Made by a program: the position numbers and the translations under genes. DNA of 64,000 nucleotides from Albugo candida (lineage: Eukaryota), in assembly GCA_040437565.1 (NCBI GenBank), contig JBDOQK010000042.1, positions 124,001 through 188,000 of the forward strand. Direction: 5' to 3'. Shown in pieces: positions 34,718-46,612 of this stretch; the first letter of the stretch is position 1; each line of letters opens with the position of its first letter. The notes beneath the pieces are model-generated. The model ran no database searches. It was given only the letters and a program-made list of their open reading frames with translations, and was not told where the DNA came from.

Positions 34718-37700
34718 TATATATACTATACTCACTTCGGTATTTGTCACCAATCAAGTAGCTTGTCTTTCCTCTAGGTAAAACGATATCATCTGTCAAA
34801 TCTACGACGTTACATAGCAGTACCGACCACGATTATCCATGCGCGACTCTCTGCAGAATCATAGAGAGGCTTGATCGAGGACTTTGCCTATCCTTTTTAA
34901 GCAAGCACATCATGAGAATTTGAGTAACCATCAATTCCTCAGATCTCAGTACACGGATGAGCTGGTAAGTACATGTATTAAATCCCATCATGCAAAATCA
35001 GCGCAAACAAGTTGCTTACGTAAGGAACATGCTCCCATATAAATCGCAAAGAAACCCTACTTTGCCATCAAATACTCGTCTTTTCTGGCCCGGGAAAAAA
35101 AATAAATTCCGAATTATTCGCATGGGACGAGAGTATTAAACGATAAAAAGAAATGCCTTCGTATTTATTTGGGGTTTAACTCCTTCTAATCAGCGAATCG
35201 AGTATATGCGTGTTTACCCCACACATTCCGACTGTCGAATTTGATTCTTCGAATATAATCCATACATACATTTAAAAAATATTCTATTCCGATTAATTTG
35301 TAGCCTCCAAGAAATTTTCATCGAGACATATACATATAGAGACGGTGCCAGCTGACCTGAATCACTTATTTCAATCTCACTTAAAATGGAGCGCTCGTAA
35401 GGATGAAGATTGGAACTCGTGAAATTTGAATGTAAATTTCACACCAAAGCAGATGTTTACGAAGCCTAATTCAGCTCTCGGGAGTTTTTGCGTCCACTTC
35501 CAGGTATGAAGTTTCCGGATATGTATGGTGCGTCAAACAGTATCTTCAATCTCACAGTGTTTGATAAATGACTGCACAAGTCTTTCATACGATGAAAAGC
35601 GAAATTTGATAGGAACGTTTAACGGCCTTTGAGTGTGGGTAGAGACTGATATTTAGAACGACAACAGATAACAGCCAAATTAGCTGACACGATGGATTAC
35701 ACATTCGACAGTCGCGAATTGATAATACGTATTACAATTTTACTGCTCCGATGAAAGATTCAAATTCGGACTGCAGCTATAAATACAAAACAAAACGCGC
35801 ATATATTTTCTAGGAAATGAGTACACGAGTGGGTGTTGGCGCAACAAGTCCTCCAACATTTTATAGAGCATATTCGCCCATTATAAGATTGTGATCGCCA
35901 TACGTATACAAGGATTATGTCGCATGCTATTGAAAGTCAAGTGGGCTTTAGAGTAAGCATAAAGAGATGGGAATTGTCAATCCGAGATCGGTAGCGTTGT
36001 CTACTGAGCAGCAAGTATGTGTACAAGGGAAAGAGAATGTCAGGTTGTATAGCCTTGTACGATTATAAACGTCTACTGAAGTAGAGGCAGTAAGAAAATC
36101 GAAATGCGTCAATCGCGAAGTGCCTCGTGATCACATATTAGCTGCTTAGAGTATCAAATATTACACCTACACATAACTACACTTCTGAAAACACCACAGA
36201 AATAAAAGATCAGGCTGTTGAATTTCGAAGAACCACCTCATAGCTTTAATTATGAGATGTTTTGCCGCATATTGTGGAAGACAAGAGTTTGTACAATATA
36301 TCTCGCTCGGGTCGGCCACGCTGGCATCTTTCATCGCAAGTGTGTGAGACAATGAGAGACGAATTTACACGAAAACGTCCATCCTCCCTCCTCCCGAAGT
36401 ACCTATTGCAATAATGTAGTTCGGCCTATAACGTTTACTGCCTTGCTGGATTACTGTCTTCTTCTATATTTATTTCCNNNNNNNNNNNNNNNNNNNNNNN
36501 NNNNNNNNNNNNNNNNNNNNNNNNNNNNNNNNNNNNNNNNNNNNNNNNNNNNNNNNNNNNNNNNNNNNNNNNNNNNNGCAAGTGTGTGAGACAATGAGAG
36601 ACGAATTTACACGAAAACGTCCATCCTCCCTCCTCCCGAAGTATCTATTGCAATAATGTAGTTCGGCCTATAACGTTTACTGCCTTGCTGGATTACTGTC
36701 TTCTTCTATATTTATTTCCATACTCGAGTATGAGTATATTTGATCTATGATGATCATTGTAAGCAGGAGGCACTTTGCACTCAAAAGATGATTCGATTTG
36801 TGTTTCATTCGTTCACTAGGACCACTCCTCTCGCTTTCCTCGATTCTACTTCTTCTCATATACCTATCCTAGTGTAAAAGATGCCCGAAATCAGCGACTC
36901 GCTTCGAAAGTATCGACCGGCGCTAATCTCTACATCGTGTAGGACTTTCGGGGAGCCAAAACGGCGGCACAAAACAATCGACTTCCAACAGATACCATAT
37001 GCTTTACTTCACACTTAGAATGTAACGCTTTAAAAAGATTTTAATGTTTCTTAAAAAAACATCAATAAATAAAAAAGAAATTTCATGACAATGAAATATT
37101 GAAAGTAATCAAACAGCACTTCAAATCTTGGAAGTAAAGAGATGAAATAACAAAAGCTTGAAAGAAATATTCATAGAATATCATTATGATTTCATTGAAT
37201 GTTCTATTAGAAGTTAGGCATTACCATTGAATCACCACCATCTTTCAGAAACTACGTCAGAGAGGAGTGCTATGCGACCAAAATAATGCCATACTTAACA
37301 CAAAGCGCGATCGGTATGGTACTTTGAAGCTCTTTAATGTTCGCTTCAAAGTCGCCTCAAGTGACGCAACGATTTATTTTATCGTAGACTCTTCATGTCA
37401 GTAGTCTCCATTGAAAATTGAGGTTGTCAAATCTCCATCCAATTTTACCTTCAATCAAGGTCTTAAAAGCTTTTGTGAATGGAAATGGATGACCGTAAAT
37501 TCTTATTAGTCCAAATAGCTGGAGGAGAGAAGTTCAACGGGCTGGTCAGACAGAAGTTTAGTGCCTAGAGGAGATGTAGCTTGCAATAGCAGACGAAGTG
37601 GTACGGCTGGCCAAGGAGTCTCCATTATATCTTCCTAAGTGAAGTTTTGCCAAATGAGAGCACAGCACAAAAATGGATATCAATGGAGCGGCAAGGATTG

Positions 37701-40700
37701 AGTTTTGTGCACACGACCGAACTTGGGAGGGAACAGAAGGAAGTGGATCAAGCAGTTTTGATACTTTTATCTGAATATTCGGATCCGAGTCGCGATACGG
37801 AATACCAGATCCATGCCAGCACCCCAGCAATCCATAGTTTTGTGAGAGCCTACAGAATTCTCATTTCGCATAATTACATTCGTCTTGTGAAGATTTAATC
37901 CGCCATAAATTATGAGGTAAATGGAGTATCCAAACTGTAACAATGCGCTAGTATTATTTCTGTAACGTTGGAGTCATTGTCAAAGCATATATGGTCGCAC
38001 ATATACCCAGCATTTTTTTTATTTGACACACCACATGAAGCATAATAGTGTTCCGACACCAATGCTCTTCGAAGTTCGATGGTCACAAAGCTTCATCATA
38101 CAATGAGACAAGTTCAAAAAATTCAAACACAATCAATCATACAGTACTACGAAAATTGGTGATTGGTACGACGATGAAAGGGACAGCAGTAATACAATCT
38201 CTTTAGGCGAGTACTGTAGCTTATTATGAACTGGAGAATGCATAGGAAGTTTTATTGTTTCACGCACAAATCTTCAAGTTTATAAACGTGGTCAATTTTC
38301 AAGATGGAGGGTATAGGGGGGGATGAAATCTTTGATAATGAATTCGCGGTGGAGGACTTAGTGATGCATTGATCGGACGTGACTAGGAGAGGCAATAGTA
38401 TCGAGGTGAGCTTAATATTGTGCGAATTGTAGTGAGAAAAGAGAATCGGAGGAATCCATGACGCTGCATAACGGATAAAATGCTTCACGGAAGAGATTAA
38501 TGTTAAGTGAAGGAGGGGAGGGGTATGGAGACAATAGCCGGACGAGGGCGTCATCACTGGGCTTCAAGTACCCGATAAGGGGACAGGATAACATGCTTCA
38601 TGAATGTTGTATGAATCAAGGCTCAAGGTTATAGATTCAAAGGCCGGAGAAAATCTACCACTCACATTGGATCGATGAATAGAAGGCAACTTTGGGCGTT
38701 AATAACATTTATTCCAATACTTGGGTGAAGGAAAGCCCGAGGGTGTATGCATAGGGCTGGTTGAGTTATGAGGCGTTGAATTAGAAGATTTTCGGCTAGT
38801 CTTGATTTTGGAAACGAGAGTCGAGAAACGACACCAGCGTGGCACTGGGTTATCGATCGAGTGGAATTTTGGAGCATAATTGCAGGAAAATGAGTGAAAC
38901 GTCCAAAGTGAAAGAACAAGTAGAGATGAAGTGGGGAAAAAGCAAAATCTGAGGTATATCCAAGCACGTGGCAGACTCAGGCAAAATTTATATGTAAGAT
39001 GTCTGGAGCATACATACATCAATGCTATCGCAGACGCATGGGGATACGCAAGTAACATGCCTACATCATTTTACAGGCATCAAGCAATCGTACGAAGTAA
39101 AGATCATGATGAAGACGAGCTCGCACGGTACCACCTACTGGTACCGTTCTTTTTAAAAAGTCGTTCTGATACGAGGTTTTCATGTTTGGTTGAAGTGGTT
39201 GTACACGTCGGGATCGACCGGGATGCTTATACAGAACGAAGGCAGCTCAACAGTATCATACAGGTCGTTTTTGTGATAAAAACGACCAAACAGAGCCATA
39301 AGTACATCATTATCGCTGCTGTGGAATGTTTGATATAAGAATGCATAGTAAACTTACGACGCTGCGTACAGCAGAACTTTACCAACATTACCTGATGACA
39401 AAGCGACATTGTGCCGAGAAATTATCGTAGCGGGTACTCATCGTATAATTTTNNNNNNNNNNNNNNNNNNNNNNNNNNNNNNNNNNNNNNNNNNNNNNNN
39501 NNNNNNNNNNNNNNNNNNNNNNNNNNNNNNNNNNNNNNNNNNNNNNNNNNNNGTCGGGATCGACCGGGATGCTTATACAGAACGAAGGCAGCTCAACAGT
39601 ATCATACAGGTCGTTTTTATCACAAAAACGAACAAACAGAGCCATAAGTACATCATTATCGCTGCTGTGGAATGTTTGATATAAGAATGCATAGTAAACT
39701 TACGACGCTGCGTACAGCAGAACTTTACCAACATTACCTGATGACAAAGCGACATTGTGCCGAGAAATTATCGTAGCGGGTACTCATCGTATAATTTTGA
39801 TAAAATTATACATTGACGACAGAAAGAAAATATAAGAGCATATTTCATTATGTGAATCGTTCTCACTGAATTTTGCTGTTCTTGTATACGTTCACGAAGG
39901 AATAGTGGGCATTCAAGAAAAGGAATTGTCTTATGTGCTGAACGGCAAAAGTGGAAGCAAAGCATCAAAGGGAAGTTGCCTACACATGAAAGTTCTTCGA
40001 TAGCAGACTTGTAACTCGATTTCAATCAACATAAGAAAGTCAGGGAGATGCATATCGACTAAAAGCTGTTTAAGTTCTCTAACTATCGAAGGAATAACCG
40101 CACTGCCAAACATACAATTATCGCGAGAAGAGTAATTAAGAAAAATATCAGAGCTCAATACTCGGTCCTGGTTGATAGACCGATCCAGGTGTATCCTTGA
40201 GCTATAATAGTAGACGAGAAGATTACCGAACAAAGCAATAATGCAACGTCTTTTTATGACCATCAAGCATAGAATTATGACTAAATGCAAGATAAGTACT
40301 TGTTTGAAAGTGTTGGCTAACAGTACATCCTAAACTATATGGAAACGAGGGACTTGGGTGATGCACGTCTCTAATTGACCGCAAGAATAGCGTCACGATA
40401 TTCAAGCAGAAAGTACATGGAACAGCGGAAGAAACCGCTTGCAATTAGCATGCTGGAGGATCAGCGGATTTCAAAAGCAGAATAATGTTGACGTGGTGGA
40501 AAAGTACATTTCAGTCGAAGTTTCGCTAACGCAGGTCATCACCGTGACGGAAGAAATGCCACGTTGTCGACAGATATCTGTACGATGTGAGCTACAAGCA
40601 CTGTACTTGCTACACTGTGATCGTTCTACTCCGAGATTTACATAAAAAGAAAAATTGGTGATGTTCGAGGGAGCAAATGTAATGCCAAGTAGCTCCAAGA

Positions 40701-42310
40701 TAATCACTTTGGGACCCAGTCTTATGAGATTGAAACTAAGATAGTAAGAAATTGCACCTTACATCCATAAAGGATATTATGTGAGTCATTCTTCGATATC
40801 TTAATGGTCGCAAAGCCACAGCCATAGAATGAGTATTGAGACCTCGTTGGATTGTCTCTTATTTTCAAATGACATTATATTGTGCACTCATCCTCCACGT
40901 ATAAAAATAGCTTTTCTGTCTGAATTATATATACAATGCACGTAATTCCGCAAAAATGAAGGGTGCGGTCGCTATACATCTTCAAAATGCATATTCGCAT
41001 TCTTGAAAACCTAATCAAAATATCAATGCGCTCCCAAAAATCCTTCTGACTGAAATTCTCTCAAGACGCGATATCTTGTTTTGAAAATGAGCAGCAAAAG
41101 CGACTTAAAACACCACATATAACTCTGCGATGGCATCTGAAGACATTTCGAGTATAGAGTGATTGATTTGAAAATAGAATTCGTACCATTGATGTAAGGA
41201 TATGTAGCTTATTGACAACCTTCACTGTCACCATCTGGGCTGTTCATTCTCGCTGGTTAAACATTTTCGTATTTTCTCATTCGAGAAGGCGTTATATTAT
41301 GGATAATTACGTATAGTCGTACTATTTTCTGAATTTATGAAAATCGGCGTTATCAAGGNNNNNNNNNNNNNNNNNNNNNNNNNNNNNNNNNNNNNNNNNN
41401 NNNNNNNNNNNNNNNNNNNNNNNNNNNNNNNNNNNNNNNNNNNNNNNNNNNNNNNNNNATAATTACGTATAGTCGTACTATTTTCTGAATTTATGAAAAT
41501 CGGCGTTATCAAGGAACTCATACATAACAGTACTTCTCTCTGCTACAGAGACGATAAAGGGTGCGCTATCAATGCATCATACTTATACTTCGTGTTAAGG
41601 TGCTCATCCTCCATTGAGGGTGTAAAACGGGTGAGTTGAGGAGATATATTACAAAGAATATCTTTTTTAGACCCATGCTGACAACGCTTGTGGAAATTTA
41701 AGCTTCAAAGGTGTACTGTCACAATATATGAGTCTGATCGAGAGAATTGCGTGACCAGAGTGGTTGTCACGTGCACGGGAAGGATAAACGCATCATCTTT
41801 TTAACTCTAGAAAAAACGGACGGTGTAACTGATATGGTGTATTAAACATGACCAAAGGCTCGATCGCTCCCTACGTTTGCGCTATTAAATGACTACGACG
41901 TGATGCTGACATTCGCGGCCTTTAAATGCTCTCGTGATTGAATACAAGAATCAAAATGATAGAACATGAGTCACAGCTCCAAGTAAATGGTCCGTAATAG
42001 TGTTTATAGTTGCTAAGTGCCGTTGAATCAATTTCGAGAATTAAAGCATACACATTTGTAATATCGCAGCATAATCGTCGCTTCATCGTTATTTGCCACC
42101 TATGATATACTATAACCCTGCATTTTAGAAGCTAGGGTGGATAGGTGTTTGGCGAAATGCGAGATAAAGTATCCTTTCAAATTTGTGAACACAAATACCC
42201 TCCTAAAATCATAGAGGACAACATTTTGAAAATGAAGTGCTTCACTCCGTTCTAATGGTTTCCCATATGGGAATCATTGGACTTCTTCAAAAGCAAATTC
42301 AATCAGCCAC

Positions 42311-43081
42311 ATGGGTTCGTACCTAACGATTGTTAATGACACAAAAGATGAATATTTGTGCAAATTATCTGCAGACACACGTGCGATAAAGTTTGCGAAT
42401 TTTGCAGCGCTTGGTCTTAGTGCCTTTGGTGCGATACTCACAGCCATTAGCTTTAGCTCAATCTTTTCGACCGCAGTGGTCGGCAATAGAGCGATCAGTT
42501 TGTTTGGAGTATCTTCGGAGTGGCTAGATCATTTCAGTAGAATTATCGGATATACCGCTGTTGGTGTGAGTGGTGTCGGTACTTTGTCAGGTTTCTCTGT
42601 AGAGGTGGTCCGAGCCATTTCGAATCATTTATCGAAAGATCACTACATTTCGATTGGAGCAAATCAGAGTTATCGGTATGGGAAATTTACACTTGCGTTA
42701 TGGTGTCAGAGTATTTGTGTACGTTCGGCAGTGCTGCATGAAAGTGCCGTTCGCGTTGACTCGGTCTACATGCGTCCTATTTTTAGTGGTATTTTTCCCC
42801 AGTCAAATAAGAATCACAGCATTCAATCATGGATCAATCGAAAAGGAGTTAAGAGTCAATATATCGTTGCGCAAAACCCTGTGGGGAATTTCAGCACGTT
42901 TATAAATGAACCTTCTAATTCACACGATTTAGAGCGCCTTAATGAAGGTGCTATCGCGAATGCGACGACTAAGGTTGGGAAACTGAGAAAACGCAACCAC
43001 ACGAATGATTCTAGCTGGCTTCAATTTGACGGAAATAACACGACCGTTTTGCGAAATTTGCGTTTGGGAAGTTCTGTGTAG
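42311..43081 (+). CDS. Uncharacterised MGSYLTIVNDT-family protein (paralogue of 23687-24754)
   Basis: ATG with an in-frame stop upstream (42233-42235); shared motifs with the paralogue; long hydrophobic Gly/Ala/Ser segment. Confidence 0.8.
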   Translation: MGSYLTIVNDTKDEYLCKLSADTRAIKFANFAALGLSAFGAILTAISFSSIFSTAVVGNRAISLFGVSSEWLDHFSRIIGYTAVGVSGVGTLSGFSVEVVRAISNHLSKDHYISIGANQSYRYGKFTLALWCQSICVRSAVLHESAVRVDSVYMRPIFSGIFPQSNKNHSIQSWINRKGVKSQYIVAQNPVGNFSTFINEPSNSHDLERLNEGAIANATTKVGKLRKRNHTNDSSWLQFDGNNTTVLRNLRLGSSV

Positions 43082-43127
43082 ACTTGAACATTTGTTGATG
43101 GAAGTTATATCGTTGAGAGTCAGTATT

Positions 43128-44624
43128 TCAAAAGTTGCACTGGCACGTACTTAGTCGGCGTATCAAATCTACGAGCACATGGGACGCACGGTCATCGATA
43201 ATAGACCAATCGGAGCGTTTGGAGTTTATAGGTGCCATGATGACAACCCTGTGCTCCTCGTCAAGACTTTGGACAGTCTGGTACAGAAACAAACAACCAT
43301 TGGCGTTGAGATCATGAACGAAATCTATATTCACTTGATTCAAATCGATTTGATGCTGATGTCGTAACAAATCTGGCCTCAGATGCTTGGGACATTGCAA
43401 TCGGAACTGTACCACATTGTCACTCATCTGGTACTTGTGTAAAGGACCATCATTCTCAAAATATGTGAAACAGATTTCTCGATCATGTAGCGTTACGTTT
43501 GGAATTTTCGTGAGTGTCGATTTCATTTGCTGCAAATGAGTTACTTCATCCCACGGAACCGCATCTCGAGCTGCAATGACTATCAGCTGCGACTTGGGCG
43601 TGCTCACCCACCGTCCACAGTTTTCCAAATGAACGCGCTGTTTGCCACTTAGTTGAAGTACATAGCGATGTACTGGGTCCTCTGCGATGTATACTATACA
43701 TTTGATGCGTAAAGTGCCAGGTGGCAGACAAGATTGTATCCAATCACGCAACGAGCTTAAATGGATCGGTTCAACTTGCTCGTAAGAAATCGATTGAAAT
43801 TTCTCAGCCGTCTGAATCTGATTCCCCATCGTAGCCTTCTGATTCTGAATTTCTCCGAAAGAATCGACCGAACCAATATTCCAACGGAGTGTGACTTGCT
43901 CGTGGCTGACGGTATCGGATGCACGCTCGGAGGGGTGAATGTCTAGAATGTGAGGTAAATAAACGTTGCAGAATTTTGTCTCATATACTCGAGCGTGTGG
44001 AGCGTGCTCCAATACAACATTTCGTACTTGAGTGGAATCTTGAATCAGATCCACTTTATTCAGTAAAATAGCATCTGCGCACTGTAATTGTTTGATCAAT
44101 ATTTCATAATTGCTGTCCATTGAGTGGGTGAGCGCCTCCGCGTCGACGACGACGACCACAGTATCGAGTCGGGCGTGAGTCATCTTGCCAAATTTTTCTT
44201 GAACGGCAACGATCAACGCCGTCGGATCTGCCGTCCCGCTGGTCTCTACGATCAGATAGTCGCAATTTCGGCAGTTGTAATGCACATCGGGGTATAGAGC
44301 GCTAAAAACAATGTCTTTTAGCGCGGGTGCAGCTTTTGTACCAGCTGGAAAAGCATACACCTTGGAATCAGATTCATTGCTGAATACATGATTCTGAGTC
44401 ACAAGAAGTTCATCGACGTTGATTACTGCGAAATCGCTCACAGCAAACGCAATATTCAGATTACGACGATTGGAGAGAATGTGGCGTAATAAAGAAGTCT
44501 TTCCGGAGCCTAAGAAACCGCTCACTATGGTTACTGGAAGGGGTTTCGGCTTAGTGTTTCGTGCAACCAATTGCTGTTCAGAATGAAGGCAAATATTGAC
44601 TCGTGTCACCGCTTCCGCACTCAT
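43128..44624 (-). CDS. CobW/COG0523 (G3E) P-loop GTPase with a CobW_C domain and C-terminal extension
   Basis: PVTIVSGFLGSGKTSLL, IVETSGTADP, VVVVDA, ADAILLNKVDL and LRIKCIV; the canonical GCxCC motif is absent. Confidence 0.88.
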   Translation of the reverse strand: MSAEAVTRVNICLHSEQQLVARNTKPKPLPVTIVSGFLGSGKTSLLRHILSNRRNLNIAFAVSDFAVINVDELLVTQNHVFSNESDSKVYAFPAGTKAAPALKDIVFSALYPDVHYNCRNCDYLIVETSGTADPTALIVAVQEKFGKMTHARLDTVVVVVDAEALTHSMDSNYEILIKQLQCADAILLNKVDLIQDSTQVRNVVLEHAPHARVYETKFCNVYLPHILDIHPSERASDTVSHEQVTLRWNIGSVDSFGEIQNQKATMGNQIQTAEKFQSISYEQVEPIHLSSLRDWIQSCLPPGTLRIKCIVYIAEDPVHRYVLQLSGKQRVHLENCGRWVSTPKSQLIVIAARDAVPWDEVTHLQQMKSTLTKIPNVTLHDREICFTYFENDGPLHKYQMSDNVVQFRLQCPKHLRPDLLRHQHQIDLNQVNIDFVHDLNANGCLFLYQTVQSLDEEHRVVIMAPINSKRSDWSIIDDRASHVLVDLIRRLSTCQCNF

Positions 44625-44789
44625 TACGAATACGTATTACTTTTGTAATATTTAAGCGGTGCTACTGTGGTTGGTGGCAAATGCGACAAAACCGCAGTTC
44701 TCAGGTAAAACGTAGGCCAAAAAACGTTACATATTACGCAACCATAACATTCGCTAGCAACCATGCGGCGTATGAGCCAATCATGTACG

Positions 44790-45271
44790 CTAACGTCTAT
44801 CAAATAACGATCCGCTGTGGGTGCAAATAACCAAATATGCGTGAATTACTCCAGGAATCCATCTAAAGCAGAATGTTATGTACAAATGCTAACACACTTC
44901 CACAAAACCATAACGTACCCGAGGATAGTTAGTAGAAGATTGATCACCAACGTTTTATTGCATCCACTTTGAAGAAAAACGGCTAGTGGTGGGAATAAAA
45001 ACGCGCAGAATAACAACACAATTTTAAAACAGCAAATATCGCCCGTGCTAACTCGTTTTCGCTTTGTCGCATCGGTATGTTGATAGTAATGAGGTAATGT
45101 TCTTGGCGTCCCATCAGTGCCTTCGTGTCGGGGACTTTCGTCCCACCCCTGCGCTGTTGAGGTGTGCGAGACTGCTGGATCAGTGCGCTTGATACCAGTG
45201 TGCCCACCGACTGCGTGCGCAGCGATTCGAACTTGTTCGCTCCCTGGAACCTCCACTTGGTAACTCGGCAT
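44790..45271 (-). CDS. Pmp3/UPF0057 proteolipid with N-terminal extension; exons 45271-44919 and 44862-44790
   Basis: AFLFPPLAVFLQSGC...INLLLTILG, then a 56-nt GTACGT...TTAG intron, then WIPGVIHAYLVI. Confidence 0.85.
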
Positions 45272-45358
45272 CTGAGTGGTTTTATAAATCAAAGAGTCGC
45301 AGTGTCTCAGCACAAAAGATTTCGTATTACAGGTTAGGGCATACACTTTCACTTAAAG

Positions 45359-45592
45359 CTAACGAGCAATCAAAATGTAAACCGCATGAATAATTCCTGG
45401 AATGTAGCTACAATAAGGACACTGTTAGAGAATGTAAATTCTTAACAGAATTTGGATGAAAACGTACCCCAGGAGGGTAAGTAGGATATTGATGCACAAA
45501 TCTTTACCACATCCACACTGAAAAAAAACACCCAGAGGTGGTAGGATGACAGAGCACACCAATCGCGGAATATCTCCACATGTTACTGCCAT
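45359..45592 (-). CDS. 57-aa Pmp3/RCI2 plasma-membrane proteolipid (absent from the ORF track); exons 45592-45468 and 45407-45359
   Basis: Splicing a 60-nt GTACGT...GTAG intron gives MAVTCGDIPRLVCSVILPPLGVFFQCGCGKDLCINILLTLLGYIPGIIHAVYILIAR. Confidence 0.92.
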
Positions 45593-45988
45593 TTTTGATG
45601 ATCTTGTTTGTTTGCTGCTTATTCAACAATGTCCGTACATTAGGTGGGTTCGAGATAGTCGATTAAAGCTATGTTTTGATTGGGTGTAAAGTAAAGCCTT
45701 TGTGTCAGACGGAGTAAGGTTAGTTCGTACCTTCTGGAAGACGCACATACCGTTACTTACCCGAGAAAAAGTCACCGGTAAGATATGTAGGACGATTAGG
45801 GCGAGGTGTGTATTGTATAGTATACAGCTTAATTAGGTAGAGGGAAGAAAATAAACGAGTTACTTTTACATTCTCAAAAGCCCAAGAGAAGAAGAAAATT
45901 TGACTCTACCCCGCGTTTACGAAGTTCATTTTCCATCAAATCAAACTACGACAAATCGACCACACAGACTCCGATTCGTATCAGACAA

Positions 45989-46474
45989 ATGCAGCAAGAA
46001 CAGGAAAGCGCTAAACTTTGTGTAAACGGCTGTGGGTTTTTTGGTTCTCCCGCTACGAGCGATATGTGTTCCGTATGCTGGAAGAAGACGATGTCACGAC
46101 GACAAATGGAAACGATGCCGCGGTCCCCTTCTAAACGATCAAAGAATTCAGCCGAGTCCGTATCGACCGAAATTGTGGAAACGACGTTTGAGACTTTGGA
46201 GCAAATACCTTGCGAGGAAGGCGTACTTGGTGAAACCAACACTGTATCGAGCGACATTGTAAAGCTAGTTCAAAAGAACAAGAATCGATGCTGGGAATGT
46301 AAAAAGAAAGTCGGTCTTGCTGCGATGGAATGTCGTTGTGGGTATGTGTTTTGTAACTCACATCGATATGCAGATCAGCATCAGTGTTCCTTCGACTATA
46401 AAGCAGCCGATCGCGCAGAATTGGCTCGTCGGAATCCCGGCGGCGGGCAATTTGTCAAGTTTGAGAAACTTTAA
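45989..46474 (+). CDS. A20/AN1 zinc-finger stress-associated protein (ZFAND5/6-like)
   Basis: A20 finger LCVNGCGFFGSPATSDMCSVC; AN1 finger RCWECKKKVGL...CRCGYVFCNSHRYADQHQCSFDYK. Confidence 0.95.
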   Translation: MQQEQESAKLCVNGCGFFGSPATSDMCSVCWKKTMSRRQMETMPRSPSKRSKNSAESVSTEIVETTFETLEQIPCEEGVLGETNTVSSDIVKLVQKNKNRCWECKKKVGLAAMECRCGYVFCNSHRYADQHQCSFDYKAADRAELARRNPGGGQFVKFEKL

Positions 46475-46612
46475 GTAAGGTTGTAGGAAGGTGCGCTAAC
46501 AAATTCAAATTGATTTTTTTACGCACGTCGCGCAAATACTACCGGTACTACCGGTGCGGCAACTGAATGACGTTTCAAGACATCCATTCAAGCACGCGAT
46601 ACTCTTATATAA

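Noticed and set aside
34720-42200. Long gene-poor stretch with short ORFs
   Set aside because: No family motif, repeat unit or RNA gene that I could recognise; probably decayed repeats or genes.
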